From Eledone cirrhosa (taxonomy: Eukaryota), in assembly GCA_964016885.1 (NCBI GenBank), contig OZ024750.1, forward strand, positions 16,740,001 through 16,804,000: 64,000 nucleotides of DNA. Reading direction: 5' to 3'. Under the pieces are notes generated by a model that saw nothing but the letters and a program-made list of their open reading frames with translations, was not told the origin of the DNA and ran no database searches. Positions 40,121 to 56,731 of the stretch are shown piece after piece. Every line of letters starts with the position of its first letter. Positions within the stretch are counted from its first letter, which is position 1. A program made the position numbers and the translations under genes.

Positions 40121-40126
<6 letters not shown>
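39794..40126. mobile_element. ~165-bp-arm palindrome with damaged hammerhead motifs
   Basis: Left arm core reads CUGAUGG on the minus strand; right arm has CUGAUGA but a short deletion after GAAAUAUG; same family as 15840-15970 and 59040-59180. Confidence 0.8.
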
Positions 40127-40161
<35 letters not shown>

Positions 40162-40219
40162 AAGGCTCTGATACCATCAACACTATAAACACAGAGCTGG
40201 CATATCTAAGAACTGACTA

Positions 40220-40275
40220 ACTGCCTGATGAGGTCATAGCCATTCAATGGCTATCATCGAAATATATATAGCAGT
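40220..40275 (+). ncRNA. Type I hammerhead ribozyme motif
   Basis: ACUGC-CUGAUGA-GGUCAUAGCCAUUCAAUGGCUAUCAUC-GAAA-UAUAUA-UA-GCAGU. Confidence 0.8.
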
Positions 40276-40316
40276 AAATAAAGGATTATGAGTTCATGCA
40301 ATTGACTTATGTTTCG

Positions 40317-40425
<109 letters not shown>

Positions 40426-40594
40426 GTATATATATATATGTATATATATATATATGTATATATATATATGTATATATATATATGTATATATATATACTTA
40501 TATATATATGTATGTATATGTATATATATATACTTATATATACTTATATATATATGTATATATATGTATATATATATATATATGTATATATATG

Positions 40595-40683
<89 letters not shown>

Positions 40684-41200
40684 ACATATATGTATATGAC
40701 ATACATATATGTATATGACATACATATATATATATATGAATATATATATATATATATATAAATCAGTATGTATATCTGTTCACATATTTTGCTGCACTCT
40801 TTGTGCGATCCTATTTAAGCATGTGTTCGGTAGTCTTCGTATTTGAGTATATAATATTTATTTATTTATTTGTCTTCACAGTAAATTTCGCAATTGTATT
40901 ACGAAGAGAAAAAAAAATTGTAAATGAACAAAATCAAATATTTATATGACAATTACTTAAGTTATGACATTTAAAAAACAAATAAATTTCAATTATTTTT
41001 GTCTCTGTTTAAATATTGTCTTTGCTCATATCTTTCTTTTATTTTTCATCGTTTTTCTCCTTTAGAATCAATATATATATATTTGTTTGTTTGTTGCTGT
41101 TGTTATACTTGTGACTGATATTTTTTCTTTAATTATTTTTATTTATTAAAACTCTCTTTTAGTTTTATTCATTTATATAAATCTTAAGCGACAACAGTCC

Positions 41201-41258
<58 letters not shown>

Positions 41259-42076
41259 GAGTAATAACCAATCATAATGATAATAATTACAGTAGAAATT
41301 TTGTCGCTCTTCTTTGCTGAAGATAGTCGATTTTTGATTTTTTTTTTTTTTTTTTTGCTTCATTGGTTATTATCAACGTCACATTTGAAAATCAATGTCT
41401 ATTATTTGATTGGGTGTTGAAATTTTAACATCGTATTCTCCGCCATTTTGTAAAAAATACCAGCATTATGAAACAATCATTTTATTTTCTTTATATTTAT
41501 TCATCTGTTATCGCTTACCTCCCCATTGATCGCTATTTCAAATTATGACACTTTACCAACAATATATATATTCACATCACCAGCATCAGCATTATATAGT
41601 GGCACCAAAGCCCACAATATTATTTATTTTTCATAATTATCCATCATTTTCATTTTCAGTTATTAATTAAGAATCATTGTCATTATATCTTGTGTTTTTT
41701 TTAAAATCAATTTCAAATGTACATATAATCTTTATTTTTATGTTTTATATTATTGTTTGTAGTTTCTGTTTTTGTTTTTGTGATTTTTTAAATATATTTA
41801 TTTCTTAATCGTTTCTTTGTATATTGCGAATTGTCTCTTCTCGAATACTTCACAATAAATTTGAGCCTCTGTACCAATCTGAAGAATTATTACAGTTCAG
41901 TTGTTGTTGTGAATTGGTTGTTGTTGTTGTTGTTATTGTTATTAATTGTTGTTGCATATATTCATTTATTTATGTTTTGATTGTTTTATAACTCCGCTTA
42001 TAGATTCAGCATACTTTCTCTGTCTGCCTGTCTGTCTGTATGTCCCTTTCTCTCTCTCTCTCTCTGTCTGCCTCTC

Positions 42077-42111
<35 letters not shown>

Positions 42112-42132
42112 GTCTTTCTCTGTCTCTCTCTG

Positions 42133-42164
<32 letters not shown>

Positions 42165-42270
42165 ATTATGTGTTCCGACATATTTTGAGTATCTTACTTT
42201 CGTTTGCGCATTCTCTTTCTGTGTATTTGAATGTATGTATACATGTATGTATACACACATGCATAGAAAT

Positions 42271-42308
<38 letters not shown>

Positions 42309-42500
42309 ATACTTACATACATACATACACACATACATACATACATACATACATACATACATACATACATACATACATACATACATACATACATACATAC
42401 ATACATACATGCATACATACATATGGCCGAGGAAGAAGGTCTTCGCATCCTTAGCTATAATACGTTGCAGCTGCTCGTGTGAAACTGGACATCCGTTTGT

Positions 42501-43104
42501 TCAATGGACATATCCGTTAGCCATCTGGTATTGCTGTGCATCCACTATGACGCTGGTATAACCTGCCTGGGGGATCATGGGATAGGGGCGTTGCGGCTGA
42601 ATGGGCGCCGACTGATATATACCAGCCTGAGCATAGCCGTCGTATCCACAGGCGGCTTTCAAGCACGTGGTGTAAGCGTCTTGTTCAGCGGCGGCGGCTG
42701 CAGCGGCAGCAGCGGCAGCCGCCGCCGCCAACGACTTCTCCTGCAGTGAGCGCATGTCCAACAATTTGTGCGTGCTCGCTGACGTAGCCGACGTCACCGC
42801 CGACGTGGCGGCCGTCGTTGGTGACGCTGTCGGCGTCGTGAGAACGCCGCCGCCGTTTGGAGTGAGGCTAGGCGCGATAACTCCGTCGGACAAAACTGAC
42901 GTTGCCGCCGTCGGTGGCGCCGGCGGCTGAGTAGCAGCGTCAACAACGCCAACGACGACGGTCCCGGCTGCTCCAACCGCTGCTGACCGTTTCAATTCTT
43001 CGTGGTGATGGTGATGGTGGTGTTGCTGCTGTTGTTGTTGCTGTTGTTGTTGCTGCTGCTGCTGTTGATGTTGTTGTTGCTGGTGTTGGTGGTGGTGTTG
43101 GTGG

Positions 43105-43135
<31 letters not shown>

Positions 43136-43581
43136 GCTGGTGGTGTTGTTGGTGGTGGTGTAGCGTGTTGTTGGCCATTGATGGATGGGACTTAAGATAG
43201 ACATGCTGGGACATATCATAGTCTCCCACCGCCACCACCGACGAGGAAGAATTAGAGGAAGAAGAGGATGAAGAAGAGGATGATGATGATGATGATGATG
43301 ATAGTGATAATGATAATGTTGCTGACTCTAAAGCAGATGAAGAGGATGTGGAAGAGGAAGGAACAGGCGTTGTATTATGATTTGTGCTGCTATTATTGCT
43401 GCTATTGTTGTTGTTGTTGCTGTTAGTGTTGTTAATAATGATGTGATTATTAGTGGTGTGGTTAGCGATGTTGTTGTTAGTGTTGTTGTTGTTGTTGTTA
43501 CTGTTTTGTAAGTGTTGTGAGTGTTGTTGCCTGTGATGTTGTTGTTGTTGTTGTTGGTGATGATGATGTGAGTGGAGCTGC

Positions 43582-43633
<52 letters not shown>

Positions 43634-43720
43634 GCTGATGATGGTGATGCTGCTGCTGATGTTGCTGATGATGATGTGATTGCTGCTGTTGGTGATGGTG
43701 GTGTTGCTGTTGCTGTTGCT

Positions 43721-43752
<32 letters not shown>

Positions 43753-45117
43753 TGTTGTTGGTTATTGTGGTGTTGGTGATGGTGTTGTTGTTGTTGTTGC
43801 TGTTGGAGTTGTTGGCTGTGAGGGTTACTGTTGTGATGTGTGTGAGTGTTTGTGTGACCATTTCCCGTACTGCTGCTGCCCCCTGTGTTGCCATTGCTGC
43901 TACTAACACTGTTCCTGCCGCTAGTCGTGCTGTTGGCGTTGTTGTTGCCACCGCTTCTCGGATCTTTACCCACGTGGTATGTCTGATTCGACTGTCTGCG
44001 CATGATCACAGATTGGTGGACAGAGTCTCGTTGAGAAGAGGTGACGTTGGGGTTCAGCTGGACATTGGTTGAATGCTGTTGGTCAGTTGGTTGGCCTTTG
44101 TAGCTTTCTTCCTTCACCAAATGAGAAGAAGCATCCGACAGCGTTTCGTATTTAGAGCTTCCTGTTCCGTTCATGGAAACGGAAACAGAAGACGAAGAAG
44201 AGGAAGAAGAAGAGACAACAGAAGGAACCACAATAGCGTTGGTAGAGGCTGTTCCGTTAGTGCTACCGCCTCCTGCTGCGGCCACCGATAGCCGAGAGTC
44301 GTTTAGTCGATGAGAATGAATGGACGTATGTCGTTTGTCATATTCTTCATTAACGACGTCCACTTCAGAGGCAGACGATTCAGAACGATTGCTATAAGGT
44401 GCTGAGTAGTTGTTACCGTTGTTGTTGTTACCTGTTATATTACCTGGGGTGCCGTAAGTGGTGGGAGCAGCATCTTGGGAGCTACTTCCGGAACATGCAC
44501 CTGTCGTCTGGTAGTCATACTGTTGAAGAGTGGATGACGATTGCGTACTATCCGTTTGGCGGTAATTCTCGCGTCCGGTCTCGTTCTCGCCGAGACCCAA
44601 CCGTATTGTCGGCGTCTGGTTAGTTTCAAGTATTGGCTGGGTGGACCCTACGAATCCCTGATAATTTGAAGTATCCCTGTTGGTATAGTAACGTTCTTCG
44701 TAAGTCCTATAGGGGCTGCGATCATCGAAATATCTTTGGTGGGCTTGGTACGGATAGACGCATGCGCTGTCGCGATACATGCCCATGCTTGCTGGATGAG
44801 AATAAGGTGACGTATAGAGGCTGTTGTAACGATCCATACTTTCGTGCGGGTGTTGATACATGACACTTTGGTAGCCTTGAACTGGCATCGTCATGTCTGG
44901 GATGTAGTCGTATGTGGTAGACTGTCTGTCGGAGTAGTCATTGCTGTAGTCAGAGCCATCTGACAAATGGGGGTAAGGTGAACGACGAGCTTTGATTCGA
45001 TTACTTCGAACTTTAGTCATACGAGGTGTGCTTCGATCACTGGTTGATGCGTAATTAGAGTTGGTGTGTGTTAACGTTTGTTCCAACTGGATTGGTATAT
45101 CTTTATTCTTGATGTCA
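42501..45117 (-). CDS. sim: Single-minded (Sim) terminal coding exon, about 870 aa
   Basis: Acceptor TTTATATTTCAG at 45118; phase 2 joins the 63569 exon to give NYVLS-DIKNKDIPIQLEQ; basic motif KVRSNRIKARRSPYP resembles the SIM NLS region; ends YTSVIVDAQQYQMANGYVH-stop as in invertebrate Sim; 2.6 kb without a stop. Confidence 0.9.
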
Positions 45118-45223
45118 CTGAAATATAAAGCAAAAAATATTGTGTGAGTATTAAATAAATATACATCATTCAATATATGTTTATAAAATTTCTATAAAAA
45201 TATATTTATATAAGAATATATAA

Positions 45224-45460
<237 letters not shown>

Positions 45461-45568
45461 ATAGATCGAAGGGACGGGCGGGGTGGAATTGGATAAAAAA
45501 ATGTCTTTAGATAAAAATAACAGGTCCATTCATATATATATATATATGTAATACACACACACACACAT

Positions 45569-45712
<144 letters not shown>

Positions 45713-45892
45713 TTCCTAACTTCACCCTACTAATGGTCATCTCTTTCTCTCTCTCCCTCTTTTCCTCCCCCACACCCGCCTGTCCTCCATTTTCTTCTCT
45801 GTCTATATGTTATAGCAATATATAAAGAAAAATACGAAGACTACGTAAATATCATGGTGCTGCTTGTGAAAGATACTAGTAGACTTAGTAAA

Positions 45893-45960
<68 letters not shown>

Positions 45961-46752
45961 TAATGAGGTGACTGTTTCACGGCTGGTGGTGGTGATGGTG
46001 ATCTATATTTGTGGTGGTGTGTATTAGTGGTGTGGTGTTGGTTTGGTATTATTGTTGTTCGCGGTTGTGGTGGTGGTGATGTGTATTTGTGGCGGTGTGG
46101 TGGTGGTGTGTATTTGTGGCGGTGTGGTGTTGGTTAGGTGTTGTTGTTGTTCGTAGGTGTGTGGTGGTGGTTGTGTTGGCGTGGTGATGTTGGCTTGGTG
46201 ATGTTGTTCGTGGTGGTGGTGGTGGTGATGTGTATTTGTGGCGATGTGGTGATGGTGTGGTGTTGTTGTTGTTGTTCGTGGTTATGGTGGTGGTGTTGGT
46301 GGCGGTGGTGGTGCGATTAACGTTGGTAGTGGTGTTGGTGTTGTTGGTGCTGATAGTTGTAATAACGTAGCTTGAAACAGAAATGTACGGACCAACTTAT
46401 GAACCAAGAGAAATATTCCCGCCGCCATTGTTCCTGCCCCGAGGTACGTAAATCACAGTTACATTTCTCTGAAAGCCTCTTTTCCTTTCCTATTTATTCC
46501 CTTTCATCATTTTCATGTCTTTTTTATTTGATAATTTCCCACCAACTCCTTCTCTTTGTGCAGCACCCTTCGTTTATTATTTATTTTTATATACGACTTT
46601 CTTTTCTGTTTTTATATCTCCCATCATGGCGGTCTTCAAAGTCCCACCACGTCCGTTTCTTTCATTTATTTTCCAATTTTCTCTTTAAGTTTTCATCATT
46701 TTTACCTTTTTTCCTCCTTTCTGCTTGTCATCTATTTTATCATGTGATTTTT

Positions 46753-46790
<38 letters not shown>

Positions 46791-47248
46791 CATTATTATT
46801 ATTTGTGTTATATATTTGTTATTACAGTCCTCCTAATAGCCTCTTCATGGTCTTGCCTTTCTCACTAACTTCTAAAGTCCTCAAACGTTCTCTACTCTTC
46901 TTTTTCTTCTCTTTCTCCCCTCTTTCTTTCTGTCTTTCTTTTTCTTTTTTTTTTCGCGCCTTTTTACTCAGCTTTCTTTCTTATAAAAATCCTTCAATTG
47001 AAATTAAGTTGCTTCATTAACCGTGAAACATATCCCAGCATTTTTTCTTTTCCGGCAACCAAAGTGGCTGTATCTTATTGTTTCATTCCTCTTTCTCCTT
47101 TTCCTCTTCCTCCCATCACATTTACTTTCACTATTGCGCACTGCATCTCCCTCTCCCCCAATCTGTATCGCTCTCCTCCTAATCCCACTCTACAATAACC
47201 CACCTCTGTTGTTCCATTATCCCGGCAGCCATTTTCTGCAGTATCTAG

Positions 47249-47316
<68 letters not shown>

Positions 47317-47940
47317 ATCTGATTCTAGTTCGACTATTCAAAATGGCGCTCTATAACAAGATTAACAAGAATTATCCTTCTCCTATCTATCACTTTTCTT
47401 CAGATTTCTTATTGTAAACCATCTTTTTTTCTATATCTTAGTACCTGCAGTTTAGAAGATATGTCCCTAATCTTTTGAACATATTTTAGGGAAAACTAAT
47501 ACGTGAAACATTGAGTTATATTGTTTCTTCATTTAGAAACTATGCCAATTGCCAATTGTTTAGCCCATTCTTTACCATATTTGTAATGGAAGACATCACC
47601 TGGGATTTTCAAATAAATTTGAAAATTAATAAGAATTTATATGGATTAAATAAAATAACTATCTTTCTCGCTATTTCTCAGATGTTTGCAGCATAATCTA
47701 ATAAAGGATTTCATATAAAATTTAGAGAAATATGAGATAAATTTAGAGAAATATAATATAAATTTAGAGAAATATAAGATACATTTAGATAAATATACTG
47801 ATTTGTGTAACAGAAGTAGAAGCGATATCATGGGTTTTTGTATGAAAGAGGTAAGATGTTATTTGGAACATAACTTAACAAATGTCCGAACATTAAATCA
47901 TTATATATACATACACATATATACATACATACATACATAC

Positions 47941-48027
<87 letters not shown>

Positions 48028-48691
48028 ATTACTCTGAACAATCATTTATTGTTTTATTGATTTCGTCTCATTGAGTGCTTAGTGGCACCTCAGAAAATCG
48101 ATTTTGAAACTGTTACTCGCAGCTGCAACTTCGCTTATATGAATATACACATATATGTGTGTGTGTATAGATATAGATACATGGTATATTTAAAAAGGGG
48201 GAAAGCGACAAAGAGAGGGATAGAGATAGATAGGTAGATAGATAGATAAATAGATAGATAGATAGATACAACACACAAACATGCATACACACACACTCAC
48301 ATATCTATGGCTTATACGTGTGTGTGTGTGTGTGTGTGCCTGCATACGTTTGAGTGTCTGCACTCACGCAGCTGTGTGCGCAAGTGTATGCGTGTGTGCG
48401 TATGCTCTTCTTCTGCGTGTGCGTACACGTGTGTGTAGGCCTGTAGATGAGCATAGACAGACCCCGCCCCCCACACACTAATATTGATGACTCAGAACAA
48501 TAAAGGATTTAGACATAGAATAACGATGGTGATGTCGATAGTAATGATGATGATGATGGTGACAATGCTGTTGCTTTTGTAGGTGGTGGTGTTGGTTATG
48601 GTGGTGTTAGCATTGGTAGTAAATGTACGTGTGTGTATGGTATATTGTATATGTGTTTATATATGTGTGTGTGTGTATATATATATATATA

Positions 48692-48765
<74 letters not shown>

Positions 48766-48778
48766 TATATACACATAC

Positions 48779-48834
<56 letters not shown>

Positions 48835-48845
48835 GTATATCTACA

Positions 48846-48902
<57 letters not shown>

Positions 48903-48923
48903 GTATGTGTATATATCTATATA

Positions 48924-48982
<59 letters not shown>

Positions 48983-48983
<1 letters not shown>

Positions 48984-49175
48984 TTGGTAAAAGAAAAAGA
49001 AAATGCTGACAAATTGTTCCCAGTGAAAAATAGTTTAATTAGGAATAAGTAAAAATTAGTAATAGTATTGGTTAGTATTCAGTTTTGGTTTTAAGTTTTA
49101 CCGGTTGCGCATTTCTAATGCTTTTCAAAAATAATTTTGAGATAGAGCGCCCGTGATGTTTGCTCTAATCTGATT
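48983..49175 (+). mobile_element. Dispersed repeat homologous to 22223-22424
   Basis: Inverted alignment over about 190 bp. Confidence 0.7.
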
Positions 49176-49449
49176 AGTTTTGGAAATTCTACCTGTTTTA
49201 TGTAAAAAAAGTGGTCAAAACAATTTTGATTGGTCGGTAGAGGTCATGTGAATGTTAAAAATTGATTTTGCGCCAAATGTAGGTTTGTCTCGGCTGATAG
49301 AGAAGTCACTGAAAAATAAGTTTTTCAACACAAATATGTGTGTGTGTGTGTAGTAGTAGTAGTAGTAAAGCGGTTCGTTGTTGTGATAATGGTCAGCAGG
49401 GATGTGTGTGCGAACCGCAGCCTGTTGACAGTTCAAATGCCTATTAAGA

Positions 49450-49479
<30 letters not shown>

Positions 49480-49486
<7 letters not shown>

Positions 49487-49593
49487 CAGAGTAATTCGTG
49501 GTAGAGAGATGGTCAGTAGGAATGTGTCTGTACGTGTGTGGGGGATATTTTAACATGTTAAAAGATATTTTTCAGCTCTTGTCTTATACGGAG

Positions 49594-49650
<57 letters not shown>

Positions 49651-49792
49651 TGCGCGTGTGTGTGTGTGTGTGTGTGTGTGTAGCAGAGTAATTTGGTAGA
49701 GAGATGGTCAGTAGGAATGTGTCTGTACGTGTGTGGGGGATATTTTAACATGTTAAAAGATACTTTTCAGCTCTTGTCTTATACGGAGATGT
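49480..49792 (+). repeat. Tandem duplication of a ~112-bp segment between (GT)n tracts
   Basis: TAGCAGAGTAATT..TCTTATACGGAGAT at about 49484-49595 and 49681-49790. Confidence 0.85.
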
Positions 49793-50370
49793 GTGTGTGT
49801 GTGTGTGTGTGTGTCTGTCTCTTTGTATGTTAATGTACGCGTGTGTATGTGTGTGTATATATATGTGTGTGTGTGTATATATATATATATGTGTGTGTGT
49901 GTGTGAGAGAATGTGTGTGGGTGGACCAGTATTTTTGTGATACTGGTAAAAATGGTGTACATTATTCGATATTTTCAGTAAAAACGATTCTCTCAATAGA
50001 ACATCAAAAACCTTAATAATAAAAGGTGTGAAATGATATATAGTATTGGCATAATACCAAGGTGTGTGTGAGTGTCCAGATTGTACGTACTGCAAGGGGA
50101 ATCCATTAGGCCTTACCGTATTGGAATACTTGTGTACAAATATGTATGTACCCATCAATGTGCAATGCATGTGTGCGTATATGTATGTGTTTGTGTCGGC
50201 ACGTTTATATCTATAGACATCAAAAGGTATGCAAATTTGTGTATATTTGTGTTGCACCATAGAACATGTGTGTTTACGTATGTCATTGTGTTTATATGTG
50301 GATAGAGATGTATGTAGGATGTATGCTGATGTAGGTATGTATGTTGACGTGTGTATGTTGTGGGTTTGTC

Positions 50371-51058
<688 letters not shown>

Positions 51059-51143
51059 GTATATATCTGTATATATATATCTGTATATATATATATCTGT
51101 ATATATATATCTCTGTATATATATATCTCTGTATATATATATA

Positions 51144-51302
<159 letters not shown>

Positions 51303-51507
51303 CTATATATATATCTCTCTATATATATATATCTGTATATATATACCTGTATATATATATATATATATGTATGTTATTATGCAACATGGAAGCCCAGTTC
51401 TGACAAAATACGAAACTAAAATTTAGAATTCCGTCCTGTATGAGATCAGTGTTTTCTAAAACTAAAAATAATATTCCTTATATTCAGACTCCATATGTTG
51501 ATGGTTG

Positions 51508-51538
<31 letters not shown>

Positions 51539-52048
51539 GATAATGATGATGATGATGATGAAGTTGATGATGATGATGATGATGATGATGAAGTTGATGA
51601 TGATGATGATTATGATAATGATAATGATGGTGGTAGTGGTTGTGTTAATGGTTGTGGTGCTGGTGTTGGTGGTGGTATTGTTAGTGATGGTGATCATTTT
51701 CGTGGTGGTAATGTTGTGACGGTGGTAGTGGTGGTGGTGGTGGTAGAAAATAATGACCATGCTGGTGGTGTCGGTGGTAGTGTTGACGGTGGCAGTGGTG
51801 CTGGTGTCATCATTATTACAATCAATGTGATTACGAAGAAAGAGTTGAAGAAGGAATAAGAAAAAATGTGAAGGAAACGTCTAGAAAATAATAAATGAAA
51901 TAAAAAAAAAAACAAAGAAAATAACGAGTTCGGTTTGGATAAGATGGCGACTGTACATAAATAAAGGGAGATAGTGAGAAGTGGTGATAGTGAGAGGTGG
52001 TGATACATAGGTGGGATATATATATATATATATATATATACAGAGGGT

Positions 52049-52116
<68 letters not shown>

Positions 52117-52146
52117 TATATATATATATAGAGAGAGAGAAAGGGT

Positions 52147-52240
<94 letters not shown>

Positions 52241-52790
52241 GAGAGAGAGATAGAGAGAAAGACAGAAAAAGATGCATATATATATATATATGGATGTATA
52301 TATATAAATATATAATATAAATACATACACACTCGTTCGCACATACATACAAAAAACACACACACACACTCACTCACAGATGCATACACATAGAGATATG
52401 TACATATATTTATTTATATGTTTTTCTGGAAGTGTGTTTGCTGTGGAGGCCGGACTAGAGGAAAAAAGATAGAGAGAAGTAGACGGATTAAGTTTCTCGC
52501 AAATTTCCGGCGTCTATCTTGGCTATAATCTGACCGGATTATCTAAGTTTATTAAACGACTGCGGCTATTACCAACATTTCAATGGGCAAATCCCAGTCG
52601 GCTGTATTGACACTGGATTTCAAAAAGCAGACGATCGCATTGGATCTCGTTGGTTCCGGTTAGAAGAGTAGAGTTTTATTTTTGTCTCGGTTTCCTTTTT
52701 TTTTTGTTATCTTTATTGTCTCTGCTGTTGCTTTTTTATATTCACTAAAAGGAAAACTGTGTCAGTTGAGATGTAAAATTCATATACACA

Positions 52791-52896
<106 letters not shown>

Positions 52897-52938
52897 CATA
52901 TATATATATGAATTTTATACATATGTATATATATATAC

Positions 52939-52969
<31 letters not shown>

Positions 52970-53071
52970 TACATATATATATATTTACATATATATCTAT
53001 ATATCTATATCTATATATATATATATATATATACATGTATATATGTATGTATATATATATGTATACATATA

Positions 53072-53108
<37 letters not shown>

Positions 53109-53129
53109 CTGTGTGTATATGTATATATG

Positions 53130-53176
<47 letters not shown>

Positions 53177-53199
53177 ATGTGTGTGTTCATGTATCTATG

Positions 53200-53244
<45 letters not shown>

Positions 53245-53249
53245 ATATG

Positions 53250-53404
<155 letters not shown>

Positions 53405-53809
53405 GTAAGGTACTTGAGAGCTTCTTTGAGGCTGTGAAAATATCTTTTGTTCACACATTGAACCTACCCGTCACAGTTTCGGCCGATTTGGGCATCCTCT
53501 TTTGAGAAAATTCACGTGATGACACTGGCGAATTTACTAATACAGTTGAGTACAACAATGTCTTATAGCGTCCAGATCAAGTCAGATATTTCGGAACGAA
53601 AACCCTCTGACGAAGGGATATTCCAGTTCCATCAATAGATGCATCTTTGACTTGCATATACATTTTGCAACCGGTGATGTATCTTCCCGGGTTCCCAGAA
53701 ACCCATCGAAAGATTTTTTATCGATTCATGTCGTTTCGTGATAGTACAGGATAGTGTTCGGCATGTTTGTATATATCGATGTTTTATTATTATGGCAACA
53801 TGCAGCAAA

Positions 53810-53950
53810 GAGTTACGGCCCTTTATGGTCTGAGTTCAAATCCCGCCAAGGTTAACTTTGCCTTTCATCCTTACGTGGTCGATGAAATAAAGTACCAGTA
53901 ATATACTGGGTATTTGCTGGCTTTGTGCCAAAATTAGAAGCAATTATTAT
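53810..53950 (+). mobile_element. tRNA-derived SINE, family A (5'-truncated)
   Basis: B box, core and tail present; followed by ATTATTATGGCAACATGC, which also occurs upstream at about 53787. Confidence 0.75.
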
Positions 53951-54233
53951 GGCAACATGCTTTTGGTCGTTTTATTCTCTGTGTCACACTATTAACATTT
54001 CGTGTTTACTCTAGGTGAAAACGTATTAATTATTCACACCATTGAGTACTTTTGTGACCGCTTCAAACAATTCAATTGGTAGCTGCTATATATATACAAA
54101 TATATTTCTCATTCTTTCTTATGTTGAAGGACTAGCGTTCGAAACGTTAAGACCCTCTTCCTGCTATTTCAAGCGTTAACCTAATATATTCCTTCCATAT
54201 ACTGTACCGATTGTGTTGTTATTTCTGTTTACC

Positions 54234-54277
<44 letters not shown>

Positions 54278-54293
54278 ACACACACACACACAT

Positions 54294-54385
<92 letters not shown>

Positions 54386-54406
54386 GTATATATATATATA
54401 TATACG

Positions 54407-54441
<35 letters not shown>

Positions 54442-54709
54442 ATGTGTGTACAAATATATACAAATATGGCTCCGAGAATAAAAGATTATACGAATATGAA
54501 AGAGAGAAGGAATACATGATTGAAAGATTGAACGAACGAATGGATTTGACTGGAAAGATAGAGTAGGACATTTAGAAATATATGGGTGAGACGATGATGA
54601 GGTTTCGGAGTGGTGATCATGATGTTGATGATGATGGGGATGGTGATAATGATGTTGATGATGATGATGAAGATGAAGATGATGTCGGTGATGATGATGA
54701 AGCGGATTG

Positions 54710-54765
<56 letters not shown>

Positions 54766-54824
54766 GTGACGATGTGGATGGTGATGATGATGATGGGGAT
54801 AACGACGATGAATTGGACGACGAC

Positions 54825-54861
<37 letters not shown>

Positions 54862-55164
54862 TGATGATGAGGATGACGTTGATACTGTTGCTGTTGTTGT
54901 TGTTATTGTTGTTGTTGGGTTGTTATATTGGGTCAGCTGAAGAGGTCCGGCACTATGCTATGCCCACCGGACACCACAAGTCTAAAGAGCTTCCCTCTGC
55001 TCTCCATTAACAATATAATGAGGCGGGAAAGGTTACGCTAGAGGGAAGCTGTGGCTGTTAAAATTAAACTGACATAAAAGAGAGACACATTGAAACTGAG
55101 AGTTAGTGGGAGAGATAGGTAAAGAGAGAGAGGGGGGGGGAGAAGGGGTGACAGTCAACGTATG

Positions 55165-55206
<42 letters not shown>

Positions 55207-55315
55207 CACACATATATATATATATATATATTTGCATGCACATATATATTATATATGTGTATATTCAATATATATATATACATATATATTTGCATACATA
55301 TATATTATATATGAG

Positions 55316-55391
<76 letters not shown>

Positions 55392-55408
55392 CTATATATA
55401 CATATATA

Positions 55409-55461
<53 letters not shown>

Positions 55462-55482
55462 GTACCTATATATACATATATA

Positions 55483-55517
<35 letters not shown>

Positions 55518-55598
55518 TCACATAAAAACATACATACTTACATACACACACACACACATACATACATACATACATACATACATACATACATACATACA

Positions 55599-55760
55599 TG
55601 ATGGCTGCCCCCTCGTTATCGAGTATGGCCATTGCACGAGGAGAAAGAAAAAAAAAAAAATAATAATAATAAATAAATAAAAAGAAAATAAAAAAAAAAA
55701 CACATATACATACATACACACACAAACATACACACACACACACACACACACACGAACATA
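55599..55760 (-). mobile_element. RTE 3'UTR fragment
   Basis: TGCAATGGCCATACTCGATAACGAGGGGGCAGCCATCA(TGTA)n preceded by T/TAT runs, as at 56468-56740. Confidence 0.75.
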
Positions 55761-55802
55761 CATGCACATGCATACATACACACACACACACACACATACA
55801 CA

Positions 55803-55836
<34 letters not shown>

Positions 55837-55858
55837 CATACATACATACATACATACA

Positions 55859-56417
55859 TGGTGGCTGCCAACTCGTTTTCGAGTACGGCCACTACTTTAT
55901 ATCCATGTAGGAGAACCCCTACCGATGCGCTGAACGAATGTGACTTTTTAGTCCAGCCAGCGACTTGAAAACTCTGGTACAAACACTACACTTGTGACAA
56001 TTAATGACACATAGTGCTGGGCCCATGGTACCATGTGACGACAAGTGCAGAGAGATCTCCAGATATAAAGCAATGCCTGTGCCGTGAAGCTTTTATAGTG
56101 AGCAAAGGCACTGCACAAAGCCAGTCCCACTCTCTTAACCAAGATGATATTTACCAAAAAGAAGAACAAGTCAACATCATTGGATACCATCAGGGTTGCA
56201 GGTGTTATATCGGAGTTTTCCTTCTCCTAGAATTCTGCCTTGACAAAGGCTAAGGGGTCATCTCTCCCGGTGATTTTGGATAGCCATTGACTCTTAAGAA
56301 CTCCTTTGCCCTTTGACAGGTTTTGTTTTTAGTCCTGCAGGATGTCCAAAGTCACCCTCCTCACCAAGAAACCTTGGTGAGGTTGCCAGTTTAGTCGCCA
56401 ACGACCCGACCATGAGA
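55859..56417 (-). mobile_element. Non-autonomous bipartite RTE derivative, about 560 bp
   Basis: TTCTAGGAGAAGGAAAACTCCGATATAA 5'UTR-like motif; near the 3' end encodes AGLKSHIRS like the RTE ORF end; variant 3' stem-loop then (TGTA)n. Confidence 0.75.
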
Positions 56418-56467
56418 CATACATACATACATACATACATACATACATACATACATACATACATACA

Positions 56468-56532
56468 TGATGGCTGCCCCCTCGTTATCGAGTATGGCCA
56501 TTGCACAATAAAAAAAAAAAAAAAAAAAAAAA

Positions 56533-56608
<76 letters not shown>

Positions 56609-56687
56609 GCAATAATAATAATAACGACAACAACAATAATAATATACATATTCATATATATATACACACACACGCACGCACATAAGC

Positions 56688-56731
<44 letters not shown>

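Noticed and set aside
45118-45173. N-terminal MNDVYLFNTHTIFFALYF of the 890-aa ORF
   Set aside because: Intronic sequence upstream of the splice acceptor; the protein continues from the exon at 63569-63716.
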